Position numbers and translations under genes: made by a program. A stretch of DNA of 64,000 nucleotides from contig JAUWOR010000001.1 in NCBI GenBank assembly GCA_030612025.1, positions 32,001 to 96,000 on the forward strand, read 5' to 3'. This document shows, piece after piece, positions 38,601-48,617 of this stretch (positions are counted from its first letter, which is position 1; each line of letters starts with the position of its first letter). A model generated the notes under the pieces. The model searched no databases, was not told the origin of the DNA, and saw only the letters and a program-made list of their open reading frames with translations. The stretch is from Dehalococcoidia bacterium (lineage in GTDB: Bacteria; Chloroflexota; Dehalococcoidia; GIF9; AB-539-J10).

Positions 38601-40310
38601 ATGGGAAATCAGCAAGTTCGATGGCAACTTTTACCCCAGGCACCAGACGAATATCTGCGTGCTGCCAATCTTCCTCCCATAATTGCCCAACTTCTTTACA
38701 ATCGTGGTGTCCACCTAGGTGAAATCGAGCCATTTTTACTCGCTGACCACCGCCTTGGAGGCAATCCCTTTCTGCTCCCTGACATGTCACAAGCGGTAAA
38801 CAGGATTTATAAAGCCTTGCTTACAGGAGAAAAAATCGCTATCTGTGGCGACTTTGATGTTGATGGCATCACAGCCACAGCTAGTCTTACTGAGGGACTA
38901 TCATGGCTCGGTGGCAAAGTTACCCCCTATATCCCTCACCGCCTTCGCGAAGGTCATGGGTTAAAATTGCCAGCTCTAGAAAAGCTTCATAGCCAAGGGG
39001 TGGGATTAATTATCACTGTCGATTGCGGCGTCACCAGCATCACGGAAGCAAAACAAGCTCAAGAAATGGGGCTGGATGTGATTATCACCGACCACCACGT
39101 TCCATCGGTAACCCTACCCCGAGCTATAGCCGTAATTGACGCCAAACGAAAAGATTCACAATATCCCTTCTCGGAATTAGCCGGGGTGGGTGTCGCCTTT
39201 AAGCTTTTGCAGGCGCTGCTTTATAAAGATGGCAGGGAAAAACGGCTTGTTGAATTATTAGACCTGGTAGCCTTAGGCACAGTGACTGACTTAGTTCCCC
39301 TAGTAGGCGAAAATCGCTATTTGGTGAAGGAAGGGCTAAAGGTGCTTAACAATACTCAGCGCATCGGACTCCAAGAGCTTATTAAGCTGGCCAGGCTAAA
39401 ATTAGGTGAACTCAATACTAAACACATCTCCAAGGCTCTAGGGCCTAGATTAAACGCTGCCAGCAGGATGGATGATGCCACCACCAGCTATCGACTGGTC
39501 ACTACCCGCTCTCCGGAAGAAGTCCATGCTTTAGCTCAAGAATTAGACGCAAGGAATGTTGAACGTCAGAGACTAACCGATGAGGTGTTACGCAAAGCAA
39601 AAGAAAGGTTAGCTCACAGGCTTTACCCCCCTTTGCTTATAGAAGGCCATGAAGGCTATCCTGTTGGAGTTATTGGTCTTGTTGCTGGCAAGCTAGTAGA
39701 TGAATTTCATAAACCTGCTATCATCCTCAACCTTGGACCTGAGCTATGTCGAGGCAGCGCCCGAAGCATCTCCGAATTCAATGTCGCCGAAGCTTTAGAA
39801 GAATGCCAGGATTTGCTTATCACCTTCGGCGGCCATCCCTTAGCCGCCGGCTTCACCGTAAAACAGCAAAATTTGGCTCGGTTAGAAGAAAGGCTTATGA
39901 GCTTAGCCAAAACCCAGCTATCGCATCTAGACCTCTGTCCCCAATTAGTCATTGATGCCGAGGTTCCTTTATCTGCTTTGGCAGGCGACGCCTTCAACTT
40001 AATCCAACAACTGGAACCCTTCGGACAAGGCAATTCAAATCCCACCTTTCTCACTCGCCAGGTTGAAGTAATCGAATGCCGCAACTTCGGCAATCAAGAT
40101 AAGCATCTAGAACTAAAACTTAAACAAGGGAATATAACCTGGAGGGCTGTAGATTTTAATTCGCAGAAAACGCAAGAGGAAATCCCCTCTTACCTAGATA
40201 TTGTGTATACCATAGAGAAAAGTTTCTGGAATGGCGAACAGGTGCTACGGCTTAATCTTCGTGACTTTGCCCCATACAAAGCAACTATCAGCTATCAGCC
40301 ATCAGATTGA
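38601..40310 (+). CDS. recJ: Single-stranded-DNA-specific exonuclease RecJ
   Basis: GDFDVDG, TVDCG, TDHH, PRLNA, GSARS, GGH..AAG, PFGQGN. Confidence 0.97.
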   Translation: MGNQQVRWQLLPQAPDEYLRAANLPPIIAQLLYNRGVHLGEIEPFLLADHRLGGNPFLLPDMSQAVNRIYKALLTGEKIAICGDFDVDGITATASLTEGLSWLGGKVTPYIPHRLREGHGLKLPALEKLHSQGVGLIITVDCGVTSITEAKQAQEMGLDVIITDHHVPSVTLPRAIAVIDAKRKDSQYPFSELAGVGVAFKLLQALLYKDGREKRLVELLDLVALGTVTDLVPLVGENRYLVKEGLKVLNNTQRIGLQELIKLARLKLGELNTKHISKALGPRLNAASRMDDATTSYRLVTTRSPEEVHALAQELDARNVERQRLTDEVLRKAKERLAHRLYPPLLIEGHEGYPVGVIGLVAGKLVDEFHKPAIILNLGPELCRGSARSISEFNVAEALEECQDLLITFGGHPLAAGFTVKQQNLARLEERLMSLAKTQLSHLDLCPQLVIDAEVPLSALAGDAFNLIQQLEPFGQGNSNPTFLTRQVEVIECRNFGNQDKHLELKLKQGNITWRAVDFNSQKTQEEIPSYLDIVYTIEKSFWNGEQVLRLNLRDFAPYKATISYQPSD

Positions 40311-41128
40311 TGCTGAATGCTGTCTGCTGAGTGCTGACTACTCCTCTGAAATCTGCGCATTCTGATGATTAGCCAGGGCACAGCTATCACTAATATTGCC
40401 AAACTGATGACCTGCCCTTGGTGAAGCCCCATTAAAAATGGCTCGTTCACGCGGAAAAACCTTAAACCGAAATCACCGGCAGCATAGAGGCAAAGATAAA
40501 GGAAGAATAGGGAGCCTTGGGGCTTGAGCCGATCACGCAATTGCCAGACTATGGCAAAAACTATCAGGTTCCACAATAAAAAATAAATTTGCGCCGGGTA
40601 AAGCGGCACACCCCAGTATTGAACTGGAATAACATCACGAGGAGTATAAAGCACTGCACCCGGGAAAGATTGAAAGGGACTGAGCTTACCATGGCAGCAA
40701 CCATTTATAGCGCAGCCAACTCTGCCTATGGCTTGAGCCAAGGGTGCTCCCACGGCAATGGCATCGCCCACACCAGCCAGACTTGAGAAAGGAATCCTCC
40801 TCACTCCCATGTAGACCCACACTGCCAGAAGGGCACCAATAATAGCTCCATAGAGACTTAGCCCAGCAAAGCCAACGATAGCCCCAGGGTTAGCCATATA
40901 ATAGTCCCACTGGTCAATAACATGAACCAGCCTGGATACTATGAAACCGCCGATGATACCCCAGAGAAAGAGGTTGTAAATAATATCCCGGGAAATGCCC
41001 AGCCTTCTCGTTTCTCGCAAGGTCATAGCTAGCAATGCTATGACTGCCAGAGCTACCGTAATTCCGTACCACCTCACAGTGAGGGAACCAATGGTAAAAG
41101 CAATAGGGTTTATGCTAATAGTGAGCAT
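40295..41128 (-). CDS. lgt: Prolipoprotein diacylglyceryl transferase
   Basis: VRWYG, SRL.HV, AQAIGRVGC..NG, YPAQIY. Confidence 0.9.
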   Translation of the reverse strand: MLTISINPIAFTIGSLTVRWYGITVALAVIALLAMTLRETRRLGISRDIIYNLFLWGIIGGFIVSRLVHVIDQWDYYMANPGAIVGFAGLSLYGAIIGALLAVWVYMGVRRIPFSSLAGVGDAIAVGAPLAQAIGRVGCAINGCCHGKLSPFQSFPGAVLYTPRDVIPVQYWGVPLYPAQIYFLLWNLIVFAIVWQLRDRLKPQGSLFFLYLCLYAAGDFGLRFFRVNEPFLMGLHQGQVISLAILVIAVPWLIIRMRRFQRSSQHSADSIQHQSDG

Positions 41129-42532
41129 TTATCCTCTTTTGCTGAGCTTGAACCAGGGGTGATAACTGATTATAGAGTCCTTATCTAACTCGTCATTTAT
41201 GAAATAGTTGGCAATCCTCAAATAGTCTGCCACCCTATCAGGCATCAGAAAGTGCTCTTTGACATATTCATGGGCTTCTCTTCCTACGGATTCCGCCTCC
41301 TCTGGATTTCTTAATAATCGTATTATCCTTTTTGCCGCCTTTTTCGCTGTAGTGATAAAGAAGCCAGTCTCCCCAGCCCTAACTTGAATGGGAATTGCCC
41401 CCACCTCTCTGGTTATCACCGGCTTCCTTTTCCACATAGCCTCGGTGATAACTAGCCCAAATCCTTCCTTGGTAGAAGGTTGCAAAATTATCCTGGCAGC
41501 TCTTTGCAAAGCATTCACTTCCAGAGCATTAACTGCCAAATCATCTGGGAGCCTGATGACATGGATGCCCGAGTCGCTTCTTGTCTCCTCACAGACGTAG
41601 TTAAAGATTCTTTCCCCTTCAGGGTCATCGGAGGCCATATTACCAGCTACTACAAGCTGGCACTTCTCTTCCTTTCGAGCAATCTTATAAGCTTTAATTG
41701 TCGTATCAATTCCCTTCCAGGGATCAAATCTACCTATCTGAACCAATAAGGGTATGCCCTGGTCTACTCCATATTTCTCCAATACCTTAGCGATTTCGTC
41801 AGGCTTTAGCTCCTTATTCTTGATAGAAAGAGGATCGATAAAGGGAGGGCTGATATATTTCCGCAAAGGCCAGTGGTCTACTACATAATGAGCCCCGGAG
41901 AACATAACAGCATCATAAAAACTGGTCCAAAATGTGATAAATTGCCACAATACAGGATTGTCTTCCAAAGTATCTCCCTCTACATCAATGTGGAACCTCC
42001 ATAGCCATTTTTCATTCTTTCCCTTCAAATAGCGAGCTAAGCCAAGTGGCTGCGGGTCATGCACAATCACCATATCAGGCTTATACCTTTCATGGTTTTT
42101 GGCATAGATATCAGCATTTTCCTTAAGAGTGCGATAATATCTCCTCACCATCTCTGGGGTAAGGGTTCCTTTCTTGCCTTGCAGAAGATTGTGAATGTTT
42201 TTTGTCACCAAATAAAATGCTTCCGTGCCATGCATGACTTTCCATTCATCCTCTATCCCCAGCTCATTCAGGAATGGCACCTGTGAATAAAGCATTTCAG
42301 CCACACCCCCACCTACCATAGTAGAATTAACCTCCATTATTCTTATACCCTTAAGCTTTCGAGCAAGTTTTTCTAGTTTTTCTATCTTTTCCTCGCCCAC
42401 TATCGGGATATAGTCCTGCAGAGGGGATACAGAAAAAGGCTGGATCCCCCTTCTGCGACTATATACAGTCCCATCCTCTAAAGGTAATTTCCTCCTCTCT
42501 TCCTCAACAAAGTTCTTTATCTTGCTTTTCAT
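41129..42532 (-). CDS. treT: TreT-like glycosyltransferase (trehalose synthase, GT4)
   Basis: NST..GGGVAEML, TKNIHNLLQG, HDPQP, WRFHID, RFDPWKG, EGFGLVITEAMWK. Confidence 0.85.
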   Translation of the reverse strand: MKSKIKNFVEEERRKLPLEDGTVYSRRRGIQPFSVSPLQDYIPIVGEEKIEKLEKLARKLKGIRIMEVNSTMVGGGVAEMLYSQVPFLNELGIEDEWKVMHGTEAFYLVTKNIHNLLQGKKGTLTPEMVRRYYRTLKENADIYAKNHERYKPDMVIVHDPQPLGLARYLKGKNEKWLWRFHIDVEGDTLEDNPVLWQFITFWTSFYDAVMFSGAHYVVDHWPLRKYISPPFIDPLSIKNKELKPDEIAKVLEKYGVDQGIPLLVQIGRFDPWKGIDTTIKAYKIARKEEKCQLVVAGNMASDDPEGERIFNYVCEETRSDSGIHVIRLPDDLAVNALEVNALQRAARIILQPSTKEGFGLVITEAMWKRKPVITREVGAIPIQVRAGETGFFITTAKKAAKRIIRLLRNPEEAESVGREAHEYVKEHFLMPDRVADYLRIANYFINDELDKDSIISYHPWFKLSKRG

Positions 42533-42705
42533 ATTAGCTGCCTCCTTCTGAACCACAAGTGAGAATCTGAGGTTCTCCATTAGCATATAATAACATAGCA
42601 GTCAGAGTTAGTTGATAACTAATAACTGAAGGCTGATAGCTACTAAGATGACCGCGCTATCAGGTTAAGGCATTGCCCAGTTAAAACTCATCAGGGATGA
42701 TGCTA

Positions 42706-42912
42706 TTACCGGCTATCATATTCTTCAGCGGCGAATTCCCCACAGCGCCACAACTTACAGTGATGACGACCACAACCAAGGCACCTCCAACAAATGGTGC
42801 CATCTTCAAGAACCTCATCTATCGCTAATACACTAAATTGGCAAAAGGGGCATCCCAGTCGCTGGGGCATAACCACTACCGGCTTTCTCTCACGTCCTGG
42901 CGCTAAATTCAT
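42706..42912 (-). CDS. Small Cys-rich hypothetical protein
   Basis: CPFC, C..C motifs; GGAGG upstream. Confidence 0.35.
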   Translation of the reverse strand: MNLAPGRERKPVVVMPQRLGCPFCQFSVLAIDEVLEDGTICWRCLGCGRHHCKLWRCGEFAAEEYDSR

Positions 42913-42940
42913 CCCTACTTGATTTCCTCCCCAAGGATAA

Positions 42941-43567
42941 CTACTCTGGAACCTCTCTTACAAAGAGAAGAGGATATACTATATCGCTGGTGCAGCATGG
43001 AACCCAAACTGCCAGGAATAGAAACAGGAAGATAAAAGGGAGCAAAGGGATCCAGTTGGCTATCCCAAATGCTGTAAAGTAGAACAACGATGCCCAGGTA
43101 CTTAACAGTACGTGCCCAAAATGCGGGATCCTGCTTACTTGTTTCCAATACCCAATTACAATGCCAATAAGTGCGGCAGAATTTACCACCTTCCACTTTT
43201 CAACTCCAATAACGGGCATTTCTGTGACCTCGATAAAGGGCACTTCGAATTCCATCGGAACGTGAAGTAAGGTCCCTCCTAGATAAGGAATTATGGCATC
43301 GCTTATCGTAGCTATACCAATCGACCCCGTCCAGCCAATTAAAATTGCCACCCAGATTTTGCCTTTCCTATATCTCATATACATCGCCGTAGTTACCAGT
43401 GCGCTTAATACAACGTGGATTGGATGTAAAGTGTAAAAAATAGTGTGAGAAATCCCTGAGGAAACGTGGCCCAAAACTATTATAACCATGATAACAATGC
43501 CTGTGATAGCCCCCAAAGCAGTGAAAGGAGCGTGCCTCTTGAGTTCTTTTGCTATTCGCTTGAACAT
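42941..43567 (-). CDS. Conserved His-containing membrane protein (possible metal homeostasis)
   Basis: HAPFT, HPIHV, PHFGHV, PCCTSD; downstream of a Fur-family gene. Confidence 0.75.
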   Translation of the reverse strand: MFKRIAKELKRHAPFTALGAITGIVIMVIIVLGHVSSGISHTIFYTLHPIHVVLSALVTTAMYMRYRKGKIWVAILIGWTGSIGIATISDAIIPYLGGTLLHVPMEFEVPFIEVTEMPVIGVEKWKVVNSAALIGIVIGYWKQVSRIPHFGHVLLSTWASLFYFTAFGIANWIPLLPFIFLFLFLAVWVPCCTSDIVYPLLFVREVPE

Positions 43568-43619
43568 TTTTCCTCACTGTAGGGGAGGAGGCTTGTCCCC
43601 TACCTCACCAGTGGCCTTT

Positions 43620-44054
43620 CTATTCTCCAAAGCGCTTTCGATAGCATTCAGAACAGAGTCCAGAAGACTCGGAAAGGTGGTATTCGGTATGAAAGCCAAG
43701 ATTCACGGCAGACTTACTTTCCTTCTTACATAATTCCTCATCAACGAACTCCCGAAGGACTCCACAGCGGCGGCAGACTATAAACCGATGACACCCTTCT
43801 TTACTGCCCAAGGTGCACTTAACGAATCCACCACTCGACAAAACCTTGTGAGCCAGATTGAGGCGGCAAAACAAATCAAGTATGCGGTAGATGGTAACGT
43901 GATTTAGATATTTACCTTGCTGCCTCAGAAGCCTTTGTATGTCATAGGGAGAAACCGGCTCTTTAGCTTCCTTGAGAACTTCGAGCACCATTCTTCGAGG
44001 CTTGGTTACCTTATACCCCTGAGCCTGCAAAATCTGTATTGAATCCCGAACCAC
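43620..44054 (-). CDS. Fur/Zur family transcriptional regulator
   Basis: T.PR, TIYRIL, H...CxxC, CxxC; likely leaderless GTG start. Confidence 0.9.
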   Translation of the reverse strand: MVRDSIQILQAQGYKVTKPRRMVLEVLKEAKEPVSPYDIQRLLRQQGKYLNHVTIYRILDLFCRLNLAHKVLSSGGFVKCTLGSKEGCHRFIVCRRCGVLREFVDEELCKKESKSAVNLGFHTEYHLSESSGLCSECYRKRFGE

Positions 44055-44061
44055 GAGCGCT

Positions 44062-44103
44062 ACTATACCAGAGCAGAAGACCAAATGCAACATTGTTGCA
44101 ATT
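44062..44103 (-). promoter_or_regulatory. Promoter with overlapping 7-1-7 Fur/Zur-type operator
   Basis: TGCAACA-T-TGTTGCA (44086-44100) over TTGCAT-17-TATAGT. Confidence 0.7.
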
Positions 44104-44224
44104 AGCTTTAGGAATAACTACTCAGTTCCTCTTAAAAATGTAGGGTAACAGCACAGGATGATATATCTTAAGCGGTGCTATAACCTAGGATATGAGATGC
44201 CCTGAAAGAGATGTAAGAGCTTGA

Positions 44225-44786
44225 TTACTTTATTATCTTCTTAGTTCTCTCAATAAATTCAGGATATAAATTCGCAGCTTCTCTGATGAAATTTTTGATT
44301 TTGACCCATTTAATCTTCCAGGGATAAAGATTTTGCCCTTTCCCTTATTTGCCAAAAATCGTATACGCATTCCCAAAAATCAATCGCCTCGTAGCTTGTC
44401 TTGCACAAAAGTCTCAAATATAACTTCCTGTCTTTTATAACCAAAGGGAAACCAGAATTCATAACACTAAAAACAAGTGAAGGGCGGGCTCTATTCAAAA
44501 CCAAAAAATCAACGTCAGTTTTCAACATATCTACCAAATCAGACCAAATCTTGTTTTCATTGGGATAATCGCCTTCTTTTTCCAATTCCAAATAGTCCTT
44601 AGGTTTGAAATAAACTCCGATATCCCAATCTGAACTATCCCGGGCTAAACTTTTTGCTTGGGAACCAAAAAGAAAAGCCATTAAGCCCTCTGCCTCTCTT
44701 TCAAAATACTCTTGAAGGAGTTTAATCTTTCCTAAATCAGGTTGAGAAACATTAAGTGCCTTTTCCATCTCCTCTCTGTATATCAT
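44225..44786 (-). pseudogene. MNT nucleotidyltransferase, apparently an MNT-HEPN fusion with the HEPN core deleted
   Basis: FLFGS...SDWDIGV MNT ORF 44310-44786; out-of-frame tail IKWVKIKNFIREAANLYPEFIERTKKIIK* resembles a DUF86/HEPN C-terminus. Confidence 0.65.
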
Positions 44787-45264
44787 TAGCCTTTGAACAA
44801 GCGCTTTCTAAAACCTCCCTCATGACAACGATCTCGATTTCCTTGACCTTCTTCAGAGACTCGTCATTGGTAACAAATGTCTGAGCACCTTTCAGAATCG
44901 AGGTAGCAAGCTGTATAGCATCTGGAGTCCTGAGTTTATATTTGGCTCTAATGGCTGAGGCTAAATCCGCCACCTCAACATCAACCGGAATAACTTCAAG
45001 ATGTGGGAAATTCTCTAGTATAAGCCTGTACTCGTCCGCCAGAAGTTCATTACCCTCCTCGTTAGGCTTTACCAGAATTTCAAGTCGGGTGATAACCGAG
45101 GTTTTGCCTTCTATCCTTCCATCCTCAATCATTTCAAAAAGGGCTCTGGTAAAGGGAAGATAATCCTTATTCTCCTCGAAATGATAGATAAAGGGCATTG
45201 TATCCAGACCCAAAATAGAATAGCGCCCCAAGAATGCTCGACACCTCTTCTCTATTTCTCCCAC
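44752..45264 (-). CDS. VapC/PIN toxin
   Basis: LDTMPFIY, EIL.KP, LRTPDAIQLAT, TND. Confidence 0.9.
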   Translation of the reverse strand: MGEIEKRCRAFLGRYSILGLDTMPFIYHFEENKDYLPFTRALFEMIEDGRIEGKTSVITRLEILVKPNEEGNELLADEYRLILENFPHLEVIPVDVEVADLASAIRAKYKLRTPDAIQLATSILKGAQTFVTNDESLKKVKEIEIVVMREVLESACSKANDIQRGDGKGT

Positions 45265-45491
45265 GCTTCCCTTTCCCTCTTCACATATTCAGTGGCCTCA
45301 ATTCCTCCCCAAACCTCCTTCCCCAACCCCTGCATGTATTCGCTATATCTTCGTGGCCTGGGCTGCATGATAATCCGAGCATCTCGAACACCCACAATAA
45401 GCTCGTCTTCGATGTTAACCCCGAGTTGCTCTCTGACCTTCTTTGGGATAACTATTTGATATCTTTTACCTACTTTCACAATATTGTTCAT
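45252..45491 (-). CDS. AbrB/MazE-type antitoxin
   Basis: KVGKRYQIVIPKKVREQLG. Confidence 0.9.
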   Translation of the reverse strand: MNNIVKVGKRYQIVIPKKVREQLGVNIEDELIVGVRDARIIMQPRPRRYSEYMQGLGKEVWGGIEATEYVKREREAWEK

Positions 45492-45557
45492 ACCTAACCC
45501 CCAGTTTTCATACAAAATACTATTATATCATATTCTAGGCGCCACGCCATAATCTGT

Positions 45558-45636
45558 CAAGTGACTATGAGCGAAGCAATCTAGTCGGCTCGAGCATTCC
45601 CCGAGATTGCTTCGTCGCTCCGCTCCTCGCAATGAC
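45558..45636. repeat. TGTCA-type REP (family C)
   Basis: GCGAAGCAATCT...AGATTGCTTCG...CCTCGCAATGAC. Confidence 0.75.
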
Positions 45637-45680
45637 TCGGTGAAGTTATTTCCGCAAGATACTATGATACAAGGCAAAGT

Positions 45681-48017
45681 TTAACCTACTAGCTCCTCAA
45701 GCAGTATTAACGCTGCCTGCTTATCCAGAGGCTGGTTATTGTTGCCGCACTTGGGCGATTGGACACAGCCAGGACAGCCTTCCTGGCAAGGACATTCCTG
45801 AATCAGCTTCAAAGTGGCTTGCCAGAGCTTTTCCACTATCTCAAATCCCTTCTCAGCAATGCCGATGCCTCCGGGATAGGCATCATAGATGAAGATTTGC
45901 GCTTTACCTGTATCAAGATGAAAGGGAGTGGAAACGCCACCAATATCATTTCTATCACAGAGGGCAAATAAGGGAAGTATGCCAATAGCAGCATGCTCAC
46001 AGGCATGTAGGCCTCCATGAAAATCAAGCCCGGCACCAGCTATCCTAGCAATCGCCTTTTGAGGCAAGTCAAACCACAAAGCCTTAGTGAAGAAACTCAG
46101 AGGTGGTAAATCAAGCGGCTCCTCGCCAATAACTTCCTCAGTGAACTGCCTTTTCTTTTTAAAGCCGCTCACTGTAGTGGTGACATCAACATCCCCTAAA
46201 TAAACCTTTACTCCATGGCAATCTTTCACCCTCACCTTGCCCTCACCCTGACCCTCTCCATCAAGTGGAGAGGGAATCACCCTTGAAGGGGGAGGATAGG
46301 TGAAGGTGGCGACCCTTATGTCAGTGATTTCTTTAGCCTGAGTATAGTAGCCAACAGAAGTCAGCATCGCCGCAGCAGTATGCCTAGCTAAATCAAGCTC
46401 AGTTATGAGATAAGATTCGCCTTGGTGAAGATAGATAGCACCGGGATGTATCTGAGAGAAGGCAAAACTGGCTTCCACAGTCTCCAACAAGCAGCCTTGG
46501 GAGACATCAATAATGGCATATTGCCCTGATGTCGCCCTTATACTTACATCTTGAGCAGGATAGGTGATAGCCGGGGATGGATACCACTTCTCCTGGCGTT
46601 TCCTTAACTTGCCTTCTTGCTCTAATTCAGCTACTGTGGCATCACTATTAGCGCCAAAGAATTCCTTATCCTCATCACTTAGCGGTTTCTCCCAGGCAGC
46701 GCAAAGAAGGTGAGGTTTTAAGATATAAGGGTTGTCAGGATTGATTAAGGCGTTATCAAAGTTCTTACCAAAGAAGAAATCGGGATTACGCATCAAGTAT
46801 TGGTCAAGCGGATTATCCTGAGCGATAAGAAAACTCAATGAGCTACCGCTACTTCGCCCACTACGCCCTGCCTGCTGCCAGGCACTGGCGATGCTCCCAG
46901 GGTATCCGGTAAGCACCGTTGAATCCAAATCACCAATATCTATACCCAATTCCAAAGCAGTCGTGGCCACTAATCCAAGAAGCTCGCCATCAAAGAACTG
47001 ACGCTCAATTTGACGCCTGTCTTCAGGAAGATAGCCTGCTCTATAAGGGCTGATTCTGTCAGATAGCGAAGCAGGTAATTGCTCCCGAGCATAAAGGTAA
47101 ATAAGCTCAGTTACCTTACGAGTGCGGGCAAAAACGAGGCTACGTATATCGTTCTGGATTAGCTCAATAAGAAGGAAAGTAGCCTCGCTGTTAGGGCTGC
47201 GTCGACTTGCCTTAGCTTCATCAATTATCGGCGGATTCCAAAAGGCAAAATGCTTTTCACCGTGTGGCGAGCCATCCCTGGCAACTGCCTCAAACTTCAA
47301 ACCAACTAAATTTTGGGCATGTTCTTTGGGATTGGCAATAGTTGCCGAGCAACAAATAAACTGAGGATTAGAGCCATATAAGGCACAAAGCCTCCGTAAC
47401 CTCCGTAGCACATTAGCCATATGCGAGCCAAAGACGCCTCGATAAACATGAGCCTCATCAATCACCACATACTTAAGCTGGCGCAACAATCTGGACCATG
47501 ACCGATGGTTAGGTAAAACACCAAGATGGAGCATGTCTGGGTTGGTAAGCACTACCCTGGCTCGTTTCTTTATGTTAGCCCTTTCAGCCTGTGGGGTATC
47601 ACCATCAAAAGTAGCTACCGCCCTTTCAGAAAGAAGCTCAGGACAAGCAATTTCTTTCAGGCTACGTAGCTGGTCTTGGGCCAAAGCTTTGGTGGGGAAA
47701 ATATAAACAGCACGGCTACCTTTGTCACCCAAAATTGCCTCAAGCGTTGCCAGGTGATAGCACAAGGTCTTGCCACTGGCACTGGGTGTAGCTACTATAA
47801 CATTCTTCCCGGCAAAAATAGCATTCAGTGCCTCCGCCTGATGGCTATAAAGAGCCGACAGGCCCAAAGATTCAAGGCGTGCCTTAAGAACAGGATGAAG
47901 AGGCTTATCTAGCTTGCCAAGGGTAGCATTCTGCGCCGGGATATGCTCAATGTGAACGATCTGCTGTCTATAATTAGGTAAAGCGGCCAGGTAATGAAGA
48001 AAGGCAGCAACACCCAT
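45681..48017 (-). CDS. DEAD/DEAH helicase with DUF1998 (MrfA/YprA/Hrq1-like)
   Basis: ASGKT, DEAH, SAT, QQAGRSGR, HACEH, CPCQEGCPGC. Confidence 0.93.
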   Translation of the reverse strand: MGVAAFLHYLAALPNYRQQIVHIEHIPAQNATLGKLDKPLHPVLKARLESLGLSALYSHQAEALNAIFAGKNVIVATPSASGKTLCYHLATLEAILGDKGSRAVYIFPTKALAQDQLRSLKEIACPELLSERAVATFDGDTPQAERANIKKRARVVLTNPDMLHLGVLPNHRSWSRLLRQLKYVVIDEAHVYRGVFGSHMANVLRRLRRLCALYGSNPQFICCSATIANPKEHAQNLVGLKFEAVARDGSPHGEKHFAFWNPPIIDEAKASRRSPNSEATFLLIELIQNDIRSLVFARTRKVTELIYLYAREQLPASLSDRISPYRAGYLPEDRRQIERQFFDGELLGLVATTALELGIDIGDLDSTVLTGYPGSIASAWQQAGRSGRSSGSSLSFLIAQDNPLDQYLMRNPDFFFGKNFDNALINPDNPYILKPHLLCAAWEKPLSDEDKEFFGANSDATVAELEQEGKLRKRQEKWYPSPAITYPAQDVSIRATSGQYAIIDVSQGCLLETVEASFAFSQIHPGAIYLHQGESYLITELDLARHTAAAMLTSVGYYTQAKEITDIRVATFTYPPPSRVIPSPLDGEGQGEGKVRVKDCHGVKVYLGDVDVTTTVSGFKKKRQFTEEVIGEEPLDLPPLSFFTKALWFDLPQKAIARIAGAGLDFHGGLHACEHAAIGILPLFALCDRNDIGGVSTPFHLDTGKAQIFIYDAYPGGIGIAEKGFEIVEKLWQATLKLIQECPCQEGCPGCVQSPKCGNNNQPLDKQAALILLEELVG

Positions 48018-48024
48018 GGAACAT

Positions 48025-48318
48025 TCAAAAGGCTGGGAAGACCTCTGTTTCCGAATTCAGCAATTCCAGTTGGGGGTAGTTCTCCAGAATAAACTTAACT
48101 ACGTTTGCTAAAGTTTCATCAGCGTGTCTTCTGTGATTGTTAACGCAAGCTACGCCCAAGGTGGCTAGCTGCCATAAATCTTGATTATCAATTTCAGCTA
48201 CAGAAACGTTATAGTTATTTTGCAGCCGTGTAATGATAGATTTAATTACTCGCCGCTTGCCCTTAAGGGACTGATTCTCAGGAAGACGAAGCTCTATCCG
48301 GCATACACCGACGTTCAT
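48025..48318 (-). CDS. DUF503 protein
   Basis: SLKGKR, NVSVAE...QDLWQ. Confidence 0.9.
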   Translation of the reverse strand: MNVGVCRIELRLPENQSLKGKRRVIKSIITRLQNNYNVSVAEIDNQDLWQLATLGVACVNNHRRHADETLANVVKFILENYPQLELLNSETEVFPAF

Positions 48319-48329
48319 CCCGCTACCAA

Positions 48330-48617
48330 TCAGGCTTGCTGTTCTTTAGTCTTGGTATAACACTCACCGCAGTAGACTGGTCGCCCCTCTCTAGGCTCAA
48401 AGGGCACTTCGCATTCCTTACCACAATCGGCGCATATTGCCTTGTACATTACCCTTGGGCCGGATCTACCATCCCTTTTCTTAGCTGCGCGACATTCCGG
48501 GCAACGACTAGGTTCATGTTGTAAACCCCGCGAGCGATAAAACTCTTGCTCACCTACAGTAAAAACGAAAGTCTTATCACAGTCCCGACAGGTCAAGTTC
48601 TTGTCCGCTGGAGCCAC
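48330..48617 (-). CDS. Zinc-ribbon / CxxC-x17-CxxC domain protein
   Basis: LTCRDC..F.FT.GEQEFY, CPEC, CADC...VPFEP...RPVYC. Confidence 0.9.
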   Translation of the reverse strand: MAPADKNLTCRDCDKTFVFTVGEQEFYRSRGLQHEPSRCPECRAAKKRDGRSGPRVMYKAICADCGKECEVPFEPREGRPVYCGECYTKTKEQQA

